The position numbers were made by a program, and so were the translations under genes. DNA of 51,247 bases, from assembly GCA_018061685.1 (NCBI GenBank), contig JAGOTR010000003.1, positions 1 to 51,247 of the forward strand. Direction: 5' to 3'. This document shows, in pieces, positions 41,892 to 51,247 of the stretch. Below the pieces are notes generated by a model. That model saw nothing but the letters and a program-made list of their open reading frames with translations, did no database searches and had not been told where the DNA came from. The number at the start of each line of letters is the position of its first letter. Position 1 is the first letter of the stretch. Source of the stretch: Candidatus Magasanikiibacteriota bacterium (GTDB lineage: Bacteria > Patescibacteriota > Patescibacteriia > Magasanikbacterales > UBA922).

Positions 41892-41916
41892 TTAACAATT
41901 AACCAATAATTGTTAA
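41892..41916. promoter_or_regulatory. 10-5-10 perfect palindrome TTAACAATTA-ACCAA-TAATTGTTAA overlapping a candidate -35 box
   Basis: Read directly. The right arm contains TTGTTA, which is followed by a 17-nt spacer and TATACT (41934-41939). Possible operator for the downstream giant-gene operon. Confidence 0.4.
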
Positions 41917-41990
41917 CTGTTGACTGTTATGATATACTTTTCCTATTCGTAGTATGCCTGGTATATTCAGGTGTTGATAAACTATTTTTT

Positions 41991-42695
41991 ATGGCGGAAC
42001 GTACACCGTCAAGTCGTCTTACCCGTGAGCAAAAGACAGGATTTGTGTTATTGCTCACTTTTGGTATTGTTGCTGTTGGCATGGGTGCATTACAAATGCG
42101 TAATACCATTTATGGTCCATTTGCATTCGAAGCTGGTACGGCAGCAAAAACCACCGCCGATTTATTGGAAGACGAAACGGTCCGATTGCAATCTATTGAT
42201 ACGGATCGAGATACTATAAATGATTATGAAGAGTTATATTTTTATCAAACCAGTCCCTATTTACCAGATACGGATTCCGATGGAGTAAGTGATAAAGCCG
42301 AAATAGATACTGGCACAAATCCACTCTGTGCCGAAGGGGAATTATGTGAAGATACGACATTGTTTGCAAGTGGTGATACGACAAATAGTATCGATGCGAG
42401 TGTGTTTGGTAATCCAAATGAACCTGCGATGCCGGCCAGTTTGCTTGATACATTAAATAATGCCAATCAAGATACTATTATTGATGTAGAACCGGTGACA
42501 ACAGATGCTGCTCAAATTCGGGCACTTCTCCTTCAAACCGGTAAATTAACACAAGAACAATTAGATGGAATTCCAGATGATCAACTTTTGGCGATTGTGA
42601 ATGAGCTGGTTTCCGCTCCAGAGTCAGATGCCTCGAGTACCACCTCGACTACGCCACCTACGACGGTTGTGCCTGTATCACCAGACAATTTGTAA
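41991..42695 (+). CDS. Membrane-anchored protein with thrombospondin-type-3-like Ca-binding repeats
   Basis: ORF 41910..42695 trimmed to ATG 41991 (MAERTPSSRLTREQKTGFVLLLTFGIVAVGMGAL). DTDRDTINDYEE and DTDSDGVSDKAEIDTGTNPL are DxDxDG-type acidic repeats. Ser/Thr/Pro-rich tail. Confidence 0.75.
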   Translation: MAERTPSSRLTREQKTGFVLLLTFGIVAVGMGALQMRNTIYGPFAFEAGTAAKTTADLLEDETVRLQSIDTDRDTINDYEELYFYQTSPYLPDTDSDGVSDKAEIDTGTNPLCAEGELCEDTTLFASGDTTNSIDASVFGNPNEPAMPASLLDTLNNANQDTIIDVEPVTTDAAQIRALLLQTGKLTQEQLDGIPDDQLLAIVNELVSAPESDASSTTSTTPPTTVVPVSPDNL

Positions 42696-42743
42696 TACTA
42701 GCCATTTTTTTCTTTTGCTATGTTTCACTCGCCGTTTCGGAAT

Positions 42744-45700
42744 ATGAAAACAAAAATACGACTTACGTTTCTTTTGTGTTGTTTATTTGTGCAGGTATTT
42801 GGTGTGTTTTTTGTGGCAACACCCGCTTCGGCCACTGGTGTTCCTGTATTTGATGCTAGTGTGAATGCCACGTTGCAAGGCTTAGATATTAAACGTGTGG
42901 TAGAAAAAGTAGAAGAAGAGTCGTTTACTGCTGCTGTTATGGGATCGCTTGTTCATGGTGCAGCGTATTTTACACGTCGACTTGCCTATGATACTGCCGT
43001 ATATGTTGCAAGTGGTGGAAAAGGACAAAATCCCTTAGCCTTTTGGCAATCCGGGAATGATTACATCAGTAGTACCTTGGGTGATGCATTGGCAGATAGT
43101 ATTGGGGAACTCGGAAAACCATTTGGATTAAATCTTTGTCAAATTCCTGATTTACAATTTCAGGTTTTTTTGCAATTTGGGCTTTTAGATTTGTATGGTG
43201 GAACAAATGGACCTCAACCAAATTGTACGTTTCAAGATTTAACGAATGGTGGTCTTTTTGATACTGATGCATGGAAACAACGGTATGGTACCGAAGAAGG
43301 ATTGGCAGAAACATTTAGTGCCGAAATTAGTGTACGGAGTAGTGATTTTGGTATTGCACTTGGTGCGATTGAACAAATTGATGAAATTCGTGAACAACAA
43401 AAAGAAGCCGCGGTATTAGAGCGAACAGAAGGTGAAGGGTTTACTGCATTAACCGATCTTATTACGGGTAATGTAAAAACGCCTGCACAAATAATTAAAG
43501 AAGAGTCGAGTGCTGTAACCGCCAAACACCAAGGAGAACTTTCTGCTATTCAAACAGCCGGTATTTATGGCAGCGGATTAAAACAGTTACCTGCTGTTGC
43601 TGCTTCGGTATTTTTAAATACACTTACCTCTCAGTTATTAAATAGATTGCTCACAGAAGGGCTATTTCCAAGTAGAAGTGCCGAAGATAATCCAGGTAGT
43701 GCATTTTCATTTTTTGGTTCTCCTCAACAAAACAATCAACAACGTGCCAGAAACGCACTTACCTTTTTGTTTACCAAGCCAGCAGATCAATTAAGTAACT
43801 ATCCTATTTTGGCAGAATTTGCATCGTGCCCTGATAATCCTGGGTTAAACAACTGTGTGATTGACTCTAATTTACACCAAGCATTATCTCAGGCAAAAGT
43901 AGGCAAGCCATTAACCATTGGTGAAGCATTGGAAAGCGGAAAATTAAATGGTTCTTGGCGGCTTATTCCACCACGACACCAAATACATCAAGATATTGAG
44001 CGCTGTCAAGTTGGCTATTATTGCTATTCAAATGTTCAAAAATTAAGAAAATTACGCGTGTTGCCGCTTGGGTTTGAAGTCGCCGCACTTCGATCAGATC
44101 CAGAAAGTCCATGGACACTTCAAGAAGTGGTTGACGGGTTTGAAGATTGTGCCCGGCCAAATCCAAATGACCCAACAGAAGTGGTGGCCGATGCTGATCA
44201 TCCATTTTGTCATTTAATCAATCCAAACTGGGTGATTGCATTACCAGACGCTCGTTGTGAATCCAATGTTATTGGACCTCAATTAGTAGATAGTCGGGCA
44301 GCAAAACGTCGTAACGAATGTGTGGATATTTCTACCTGTATTGCAAAAGATGCCAGTGGAAGTTGTATTGATTATGGGTATTGTACCAAAGAAAAAAATG
44401 TGTGGAATTTAGGTGGTGATGCCTGTCCTGCTGAATTTAGTACGTGTACTACCTATACGAATACGCAAAATAGAAGCATTCAGTCATACCTTGCGCGCAC
44501 CATTGATGCTGGCGAATGTAGTATTGATACCGTTGGCTGTCGTACATTTACGTTTGAGCAAGCAAATAATGCATGGGTAACGACTCCAAACAGTTCAGAC
44601 GCCTATACTGCTGTTGGCAGAAATCAAAATATCCATTTTAATGCAAGCATTCTTTCAAGAAGCGATGTGTGTCGACCAGAAGCAGACGGCTGTCATGCCT
44701 ACTATGCTGCTCAACGGGATACGGCTGGCAATTATATTCAAACAGACACAGAACAATTTATTCAGGATGCTCGAAATGAATTTTACATGCAAAAAGCACC
44801 GGATTATTTAGGCTGTTATGATACCAATCGTGCGGCAAATTCTCCTGAAATTAATTGGCCAACCACCCTCGCACAAGTGCAAAATGAAGCTGGTGGTGTG
44901 TCTCAAAACGAAGCCTGTAATGCATTTGCATCGGTTTGTATTGAAGACGAAGTAGGATGTAATGCCTATCGTCCACTTGCCGGTGGACCAAATGTGCCGG
45001 GTATTATTGGTACGGACAACACCTGTGCACAAAGTTGTGTTGGGTACGATGTGTTCCGTCAAGAAGAAACAGTGTTTGATAGTTCTGTATTCCCACTGTA
45101 TTTTATTCCATCCACTGCAGAAAGTTGTTCACAAACCTATGTGGGGTGTGATGAATTTACCAATATTGATGAAGCTAGTCGTGGCGGTGAAGGGCTAGAA
45201 TATTATACGGATTTAAAATATTGTGAACGACCACTTGAAGATAGAAGTAATGTAACTACCTACTATTCATGGGAAGGGTCACTCAGCGAAGGATTGGCAA
45301 TTAAAACACACCGATTACGACCAATCACACAAGGTGATGCACAATATATTGCTGCAATTTTGGGGAATAATAATGATGTGAATGGATTATTTGCTATTGG
45401 CAGCCCTGCCTACGCCGATGATTCTGTTGAAGCATTAACCGACTATGCGGCTCGTTGTAACGAAGCTCGCTATACGGCAAAAATTAATGATCCATACAAC
45501 ACCAATGTTGCAGACAATATTGATCCTGCCGAAGCTGGGTGTCACGCTGTGTACTTAAACGATGGAACCGTCTTTTATCGATTACTTTCTGAATTAATCA
45601 CGGTCGACGATGCCTGTCATCCATTACGCAAGACCCAAGCAAATACATTTGTTGACGAGGCTATTCCAGATGCATTGTGTACTGGTCGCCATGGGACGTT

Positions 45701-48700
45701 AGTTGACGGCGAATGTGTGCGTTGTAAAGATGGTGGTACCTACGTTGATGGTGTGTGTATTTATTCAGCCATGACAGGTGAAAATGAATCACTCTCTTGC
45801 CCTGCACAATTTAATGGCTGTCGTGCCTATACGGGGAATACTGCCGGTAATATCCAAGAATTATTTAATAATGATTTTGAAGCTGGTGGAAATGACCCCG
45901 CTGCGTTAGCACAAGAATTAGCGGGCTGGACTCCCGTAGCGTCACTTAGTATTGTTGCCGAAGCAACTGATGTTGGATTGCATTCTCTTCAAGCATTGAA
46001 TGGTCGTGCGACAAAAGTTATTCCAACTACCACTCCTGCAATTGCACAAGGACAATTTTTTGAACTATCATTTTGGGCTCGCGGTATTCGACAAAATATT
46101 GTTATTCGACTGCGTCAAAATATTGATGGTCAAAACGTGTATCCTGCGGTCATTGCACCAAACGTGAGTGTTGGAAACGCATGGCAAGAATATCGCTTTG
46201 GGCCAGTGCAATTAGGTGCGGTAGACCCAACCAAACCACTTGAATTAACCATTCATCAATTAGATGAAGATGGGCAAGTGGATAACGGTATTAATGGGCG
46301 CACTCTTTTCTTGGATCATGTGCGATTAACACGGGTGCAAGATACGGTGTCACTGGTAAAAGATTCTTGGAAAACACGAGAAGGGTTTGATGTGCCACTT
46401 GCTTGTGATTCTAACCCGCAAGACGGCTTACCAGGTGAAGGTTTAGGCTGCCGTGCCTACGAAGAAGTCGGCAGTAAAGGACAAATTCGATATGCCACGG
46501 GATTTGAACAACTCTGTCGTGAAAAAGCTGTTGGTTGTCAACCTGTGTGGGATACGTATAATACGCTCCAAGGTGATTCACCACAATTAGCACATATCTA
46601 TAACTTAAAATGTACTGCCGCTGCGGGACAAAATTGTACAATTGAATTTGAGGGAACGCAGTTAGGGAATTGTACCGTAGGTGGTGAACAAACAGCGTGT
46701 TATGTAACAGATGCAGCACTTCCTGCCACGATAACATTTGCCGATCTTCGTGATGCTGGGTATACCGATGCGTCAACCGTCTTTGTTCCACAAGATACAC
46801 CAACATCAACACCCATATTTTTGGCATACCGAGAAGAATTTGCCTGTACCAATGCTGAGCTTGGGTGTAGCCCCGCAGGGTTAGAACAACAAGTGTTACC
46901 GGACGCTACGGAATCTGTATCATTTACACATGCCGATCTTCGTATTAAAAACGATCCAAATGCGTATGCGGAAACCCTTTGTCAAGAAGGACTGGTTGGT
47001 TGTACCGAATTTGCGCACGGAAGCGAAATTTCATACTTTAAAGATCCAAAATTAAGTGGTAATGCGCTTTGTACATACAAACAGCCAAACCGCTCCGGAG
47101 AATCATACGGATGGTTTTTGGATGGCGTAGGACAATGTGCTGGGAGTGACACGTATTGTACCGAAAATGCGCAGTGTGGAGAAAATGGACGATGTCAAAA
47201 TATCGGCAATATTGCGTGTTACGATAATTTGTTAGAGCGTGGAGGAGAATACGGATTGTGGAGTAATGCCTCAGATAATTATGCCGGTTTTGTTGGTATG
47301 TGTCCTGATCAGTACAACAGTTGTACTGAATTAGTCGATCCGCAAGATACCTCAAACAGTAACCCAGAAGGCAAGCCATACTATGTGTTGTTTAATCAAA
47401 AAATGCAAAGTAAATTGGCTGCCTGTGATCAGGTGAGTTTGCGTGATGGGTGTGTGTTGTTTGATAAAACAGATAATCCAAATAAAATTTTCTCATCAGG
47501 ATTAACGTACAAAAAAAGTGAAGAATTATCTCCACCATACGGATTAACTGATCCAATAAGAAGTAATAACCAAGAAGAAAACGATACCAATATTTTAATT
47601 CAAGTTGAAAGAGAACGTGCCTGTAGTGAATGGCTTGCCTGCCGTACCTCAGTGCCAATTACCACCGAAACTGGTCAAACACAGCAAGTGTGTTACCAAT
47701 ATCAAGCCTGTGATGCCTTGGGCGACGTTACTGCCTGTTCAAGTTGGGTTGATGATTTAAGTACGCCAGAAGATACTGATCGTGCATTATATCGATTAAC
47801 GTACGACCGCTATGTCGAGCGTGGTGTTTCTTGGTACGACGAAGAGTTAAGTGGCTATTCACTCTATGATTCCTATCAAATTACGAATTTGATTTATTTA
47901 GGATTTTCATTCCCTTCAGAAATACGCAATAATCCTGAAATTCGTGCAAAAGAAAAGGAAACCTTTATTGTTCGTGAATTTAAAAATCATATTTTTGAAC
48001 GTCTTCGAGAAAATCCTGCAGAACAAGTGAATCCTTGTTTAGCTGAAAATTCAAATTGGAATATTTGTGGATTTGATGCAGGCGGTCGCTGTTATTCAGG
48101 AAAATGTTTGTATCCAACAAATAATGGATTTAAAACAATTGTGGATAAAGATGAAAATGGTATTCCTGATGCAACTGATTTGGTGAATTTACTCGATGAA
48201 TTGTCACCAAATATCTGTAAAGGATTCCCCGAAGACGATAGTCCGTATGCATTTGGTGTCGCCCAAGAAGGTGCTCGGTTGTTACCAGAACGAGATGTGG
48301 AAGAAACACATGGTCGTCATTATGTGTTTACACAAAAACGACCTGGGTTTAGTGAAGTAAATGTCTGTCAGGCCGGTAATTGTTCATGTAATTATGAAAA
48401 AGAATACTATCAAGACGGTACCGTAGAGTATTGGCCAATAGAATTAGAAGATAAAGCGCATTTGAAAGAACCAAGCGGTATTTGTACCGGTGGTGATTTT
48501 GAGGGCACTCCTTGTTCAACAGACAGTCACTGTAATCCAATTCCGCAAAATAATGGCGAAGCTGTTTCACAAAATGGCACCTGTTCACAAAAAGTCCGAA
48601 CCGATATTAAGATTGGATTAGAAGGATTTTGTTTAGAAGAAGATTTAAGTCGTCCTGTCCTGTATGGTGAAGGTGGATTTGCTTGTTTAACATGGCTGCC

Positions 48701-51247
48701 GATTCAAGCCTCTGCGTCAAATGTGGATATTTACAATAATTCTTTGGCAGCTGGATACGCTCCTGACATTGATGGAGATGGTTTTGGGCAAATATATTGT
48801 GTTGATGGTACCCGTGCAAGTGCAAAAGTGTATGATCATCGATATTTGAATATGCAATTAAATGTAAATGATCCAAATTCAACAGCAACAACTCGTGATT
48901 ATGCTGTGAGTTGGTCACCTGTGACGAATGAGTTTGTTCCGTGCCCTCCGCCACCTGAAGGTCAAAATGGACAGGGTGGTCGTCCTGGAGCTTGTCGTCA
49001 AGATGCTCCCTTGATTCAAGGATGTGAGAATCCAGAAAACGCAAATGCGATATTTTGTCCCGCACGAGATGTATTAGAGTTATACGCCGAAGCGCGGGGG
49101 GCAGGATTTTTTGAAGAAGGTAACTTGACCAGACTGTATAGTTACTTCCAAAATTATGCTTGGCATAACTTTAATAATGCGGCTGTATTACGGTTTGAGT
49201 ATGATTTGGCGGGCCATGCAACGGGTGGAAATAGACAAAATGAACAATTTGGTGTGTATGCAAGACAAGAAAATGATCAAAGCGTACAATCTCGAGGTGT
49301 CTATGGTTTTGCGCCGATGGTCGTTCGGAGTAATGATTTTGGGGCAACAGAAGAATTTGGAACAATTATGCATCCTCCACGTCGATTCTCAAATAATCAA
49401 GGACCGTTCTTAGGAAAATACCGTCAGGCTGTTATTAGTCGTCCAGAACAAAATGATGTAGATGATAGAGATGCCACTATTGTGACAACCGCGATGAGTC
49501 CTGAGTATTCTGTCCGTGGAGAAGTGCAAGCCAATGAAGAAAATCATGGTGCTATGCAAAATGGGGTATATGTTTCTCCATTTGAAAGACAATTAAATGA
49601 GTTTGATATTAAAAAAATACATATAGTACCATTTACGTATATCAATTTTAATAATGCCGAAGTTCCCGCTCGTCTGTCGGATATTCAAATTGACTTTGAA
49701 TTATTACGAACAGAAGGGGCACATGTACAAGAATTAGACGATCAACGAGAAGGAAATAGCGATTACCTTGCGTGGAGTTACTTTTTGGATGAACAAGATA
49801 TGCAACGGTTTAGTCGATTTACGAATTATGGGTTACAAAGTAACGCTGCAGATATTGCTATTGATGATGATGCGTTACAAAGACGAAATGTCATTCACCA
49901 TCGTTATGTAGTGGTAACATCAGATTCCAATCGAGCAAACAAGCAGCATATGCCATCATTTATGGGGGTAACCTATAATCAGAATCGTGGTATTACAGGA
50001 GCTACAAATCCTGCCGATGATTTTCAGCCAAATACAAAAGATCCATTCCAAGTACCTTGTGGTACAGACAATTCTGAATGGTTAGCCATAGGTATGGACT
50101 TTAATGCAGACGGAGAGTTTTTGGGATATATTACTCGATGGTGTTCTGAATCATTACAAAATGATGATTCTGTGGGTATTGCATTCTTAACCGCCGCTGA
50201 GTTGGTGGATCACTGTACCAATGTTGCTTTGGTACAAAATCAAGGAAACCCATTACGAGATATATTAAATAAAGCTTGGACAAATCGAGTGTGGTTAGGT
50301 GCCCGAAGTGGACTCATTAGAGAAGAAGGTATTCCTCAAATTTTTGCAAGAAAGCATCCAGAACAACCATATATTCGTGCGATAACTCAAGATACTCCGT
50401 CCAAACCATTTGGCTCATTTGCTGTATTAAATTCTGATTTTAGTAATGAGTTTGCGATTAGAAAAAATACTTTTCTCGTACCAGACAATGGTATCCCTTA
50501 TGCATGTACGTCTCCGTGGCTTGCTTCTCGTACAAATTTTGGAACCTTACGCCGTTGTCAGAATTTGGGTACCACCTATCCAGATGATGTAAAACTGCAA
50601 CTTGGAACGGTTGCTGGGGCAGGTATTGCTCGTCGAGATGGTATTAGTCAATTATTTGCTGAAATTTTTGATCAAAGAATATTTGAATATACATTTGCTG
50701 ATAATGGAAGAATTACGCGGAACTTTGTTCAATTGCCAGCAACGGATGTGTCACAAACTGTGGGAGAAGAATTAAATCTTATGTTCCCACAAGTGTATGC
50801 AACAAATCCTCATGCTTGTACACAGCTAAAAGATTGTGTGGCCGCAGAAAAAAATGCGTTAACCTTAAATGGTAGAAACGGTACGATGGAAGACTACAAT
50901 AACGATGGCTCGCCAGACGAAGATTTTGATGGCAATGGCACTCCAGATTCGTTTATCGGCCAAGCCAGTTACTATGCAGTGTTGAGTTTCTTTGCCTTTG
51001 CCGACGACAATCGTATGCCGATTCGTCGTGTGATGGTGGATTGGGGTGATAATAGTCAAGTGAGTGATCGTATGGGCCTGTATCAAAACAGAAAGCCAGT
51101 GTGTGGTGGTGACGATCCTGGATTTGCCGATGTAGGGTTGTGTGTGGACGCAAATAATAACCCAACAGGATTAACCTGTGATTTGGGTGAAGCCAAAAAA
51201 ACATGTCCTACATTTGATTTAAATCCTGCTGAAAATCAAACATGTGT
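42744..51247 (+). CDS. Giant Cys-rich secreted protein, 5' partial (more than 2,830 codons, continues past the right edge)
   Basis: Absent from the ORF track because there is no stop in the window. I translated 42720-45340 continuously and spot-checked frame 0 at 47400, 48600, 49380 and 51180, and found no stop. Start is 42744 (MKTKIRLTFLLCCLFVQVFGVFFVATPASA, a good signal peptide) or 42720. Cys occurs mostly in closely spaced pairs (e.g. CVDISTCIAKDASGSCIDYGYCTKE; CPAEFSTCTTY). Confidence 0.88.
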   Translation, partial: MKTKIRLTFLLCCLFVQVFGVFFVATPASATGVPVFDASVNATLQGLDIKRVVEKVEEESFTAAVMGSLVHGAAYFTRRLAYDTAVYVASGGKGQNPLAFWQSGNDYISSTLGDALADSIGELGKPFGLNLCQIPDLQFQVFLQFGLLDLYGGTNGPQPNCTFQDLTNGGLFDTDAWKQRYGTEEGLAETFSAEISVRSSDFGIALGAIEQIDEIREQQKEAAVLERTEGEGFTALTDLITGNVKTPAQIIKEESSAVTAKHQGELSAIQTAGIYGSGLKQLPAVAASVFLNTLTSQLLNRLLTEGLFPSRSAEDNPGSAFSFFGSPQQNNQQRARNALTFLFTKPADQLSNYPILAEFASCPDNPGLNNCVIDSNLHQALSQAKVGKPLTIGEALESGKLNGSWRLIPPRHQIHQDIERCQVGYYCYSNVQKLRKLRVLPLGFEVAALRSDPESPWTLQEVVDGFEDCARPNPNDPTEVVADADHPFCHLINPNWVIALPDARCESNVIGPQLVDSRAAKRRNECVDISTCIAKDASGSCIDYGYCTKEKNVWNLGGDACPAEFSTCTTYTNTQNRSIQSYLARTIDAGECSIDTVGCRTFTFEQANNAWVTTPNSSDAYTAVGRNQNIHFNASILSRSDVCRPEADGCHAYYAAQRDTAGNYIQTDTEQFIQDARNEFYMQKAPDYLGCYDTNRAANSPEINWPTTLAQVQNEAGGVSQNEACNAFASVCIEDEVGCNAYRPLAGGPNVPGIIGTDNTCAQSCVGYDVFRQEETVFDSSVFPLYFIPSTAESCSQTYVGCDEFTNIDEASRGGEGLEYYTDLKYCERPLEDRSNVTTYYSWEGSLSEGLAIKTHRLRPITQGDAQYIAAILGNNNDVNGLFAIGSPAYADDSVEALTDYAARCNEARYTAKINDPYNTNVADNIDPAEAGCHAVYLNDGTVFYRLLSELITVDDACHPLRKTQANTFVDEAIPDALCTGRHGTLVDGECVRCKDGGTYVDGVCIYSAMTGENESLSCPAQFNGCRAYTGNTAGNIQELFNNDFEAGGNDPAALAQELAGWTPVASLSIVAEATDVGLHSLQALNGRATKVIPTTTPAIAQGQFFELSFWARGIRQNIVIRLRQNIDGQNVYPAVIAPNVSVGNAWQEYRFGPVQLGAVDPTKPLELTIHQLDEDGQVDNGINGRTLFLDHVRLTRVQDTVSLVKDSWKTREGFDVPLACDSNPQDGLPGEGLGCRAYEEVGSKGQIRYATGFEQLCREKAVGCQPVWDTYNTLQGDSPQLAHIYNLKCTAAAGQNCTIEFEGTQLGNCTVGGEQTACYVTDAALPATITFADLRDAGYTDASTVFVPQDTPTSTPIFLAYREEFACTNAELGCSPAGLEQQVLPDATESVSFTHADLRIKNDPNAYAETLCQEGLVGCTEFAHGSEISYFKDPKLSGNALCTYKQPNRSGESYGWFLDGVGQCAGSDTYCTENAQCGENGRCQNIGNIACYDNLLERGGEYGLWSNASDNYAGFVGMCPDQYNSCTELVDPQDTSNSNPEGKPYYVLFNQKMQSKLAACDQVSLRDGCVLFDKTDNPNKIFSSGLTYKKSEELSPPYGLTDPIRSNNQEENDTNILIQVERERACSEWLACRTSVPITTETGQTQQVCYQYQACDALGDVTACSSWVDDLSTPEDTDRALYRLTYDRYVERGVSWYDEELSGYSLYDSYQITNLIYLGFSFPSEIRNNPEIRAKEKETFIVREFKNHIFERLRENPAEQVNPCLAENSNWNICGFDAGGRCYSGKCLYPTNNGFKTIVDKDENGIPDATDLVNLLDELSPNICKGFPEDDSPYAFGVAQEGARLLPERDVEETHGRHYVFTQKRPGFSEVNVCQAGNCSCNYEKEYYQDGTVEYWPIELEDKAHLKEPSGICTGGDFEGTPCSTDSHCNPIPQNNGEAVSQNGTCSQKVRTDIKIGLEGFCLEEDLSRPVLYGEGGFACLTWLPIQASASNVDIYNNSLAAGYAPDIDGDGFGQIYCVDGTRASAKVYDHRYLNMQLNVNDPNSTATTRDYAVSWSPVTNEFVPCPPPPEGQNGQGGRPGACRQDAPLIQGCENPENANAIFCPARDVLELYAEARGAGFFEEGNLTRLYSYFQNYAWHNFNNAAVLRFEYDLAGHATGGNRQNEQFGVYARQENDQSVQSRGVYGFAPMVVRSNDFGATEEFGTIMHPPRRFSNNQGPFLGKYRQAVISRPEQNDVDDRDATIVTTAMSPEYSVRGEVQANEENHGAMQNGVYVSPFERQLNEFDIKKIHIVPFTYINFNNAEVPARLSDIQIDFELLRTEGAHVQELDDQREGNSDYLAWSYFLDEQDMQRFSRFTNYGLQSNAADIAIDDDALQRRNVIHHRYVVVTSDSNRANKQHMPSFMGVTYNQNRGITGATNPADDFQPNTKDPFQVPCGTDNSEWLAIGMDFNADGEFLGYITRWCSESLQNDDSVGIAFLTAAELVDHCTNVALVQNQGNPLRDILNKAWTNRVWLGARSGLIREEGIPQIFARKHPEQPYIRAITQDTPSKPFGSFAVLNSDFSNEFAIRKNTFLVPDNGIPYACTSPWLASRTNFGTLRRCQNLGTTYPDDVKLQLGTVAGAGIARRDGISQLFAEIFDQRIFEYTFADNGRITRNFVQLPATDVSQTVGEELNLMFPQVYATNPHACTQLKDCVAAEKNALTLNGRNGTMEDYNNDGSPDEDFDGNGTPDSFIGQASYYAVLSFFAFADDNRMPIRRVMVDWGDNSQVSDRMGLYQNRKPVCGGDDPGFADVGLCVDANNNPTGLTCDLGEAKKTCPTFDLNPAENQTC

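Noticed and set aside
42720-51247. Antisense and off-frame ORFs listed in the track (e.g. 46411..46827 -, 48607..49065 -, 47038..47379 -, 49156..49413 +)
   Set aside because: All lie inside the continuous frame-0 giant ORF. They are short, lack start contexts and have low-complexity, His/Leu-rich translations typical of antisense reading.

Overview
This is a 51.2-kb, mostly plus-strand-coded segment of an AT-rich bacterial chromosome. Starts without Shine-Dalgarno sites, a short-form YidC and many giant secreted proteins suggest a small-genome Patescibacteria/CPR-like organism (inference only). Left third: a partial membrane protein, bactofilin, a lipid-kinase-like protein and tRNA-Leu(GAG). 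It also holds an unusually long (about 739 nt) RNase P RNA on the minus strand, which the ORF track mis-reads as ORFs. Next comes an envelope-polysaccharide cluster with a WbaP-type sugar phosphotransferase, three GT4 glycosyltransferases, an O-antigen-ligase-like protein and yidC. That cluster is interrupted at about 7.23-12.41 kb by a sharply GC-rich five-gene island: a coiled-coil membrane protein, two tandem paralogues of an internally duplicated unknown protein, and two Cys-containing lipoproteins. Unlike all host genes, the island genes carry canonical Shine-Dalgarno sites, and each is bracketed by its own TTGACA promoter and hairpins. This island is my best candidate for an undescribed system. 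Middle: CIRCE-controlled groES-groEL, a 1651-aa beta-propeller/Calx-beta surface protein, prfB (no frameshift), tsaC and rsmA. Right half: a Sec-signal (WapA-like) 2748-aa Rhs/YD-repeat polymorphic toxin with a C-terminal GIY-YIG nuclease module and an abutting LRR immunity candidate, followed by HAF-repeat and CBM-like secreted proteins. It ends with a Cys-rich giant ORF of more than 2,830 codons that runs off the right edge and is therefore absent from the ORF track. I recognised no rRNA, CRISPR array, transposase or integrase. All family names come from motif recognition by eye; no database search was possible.
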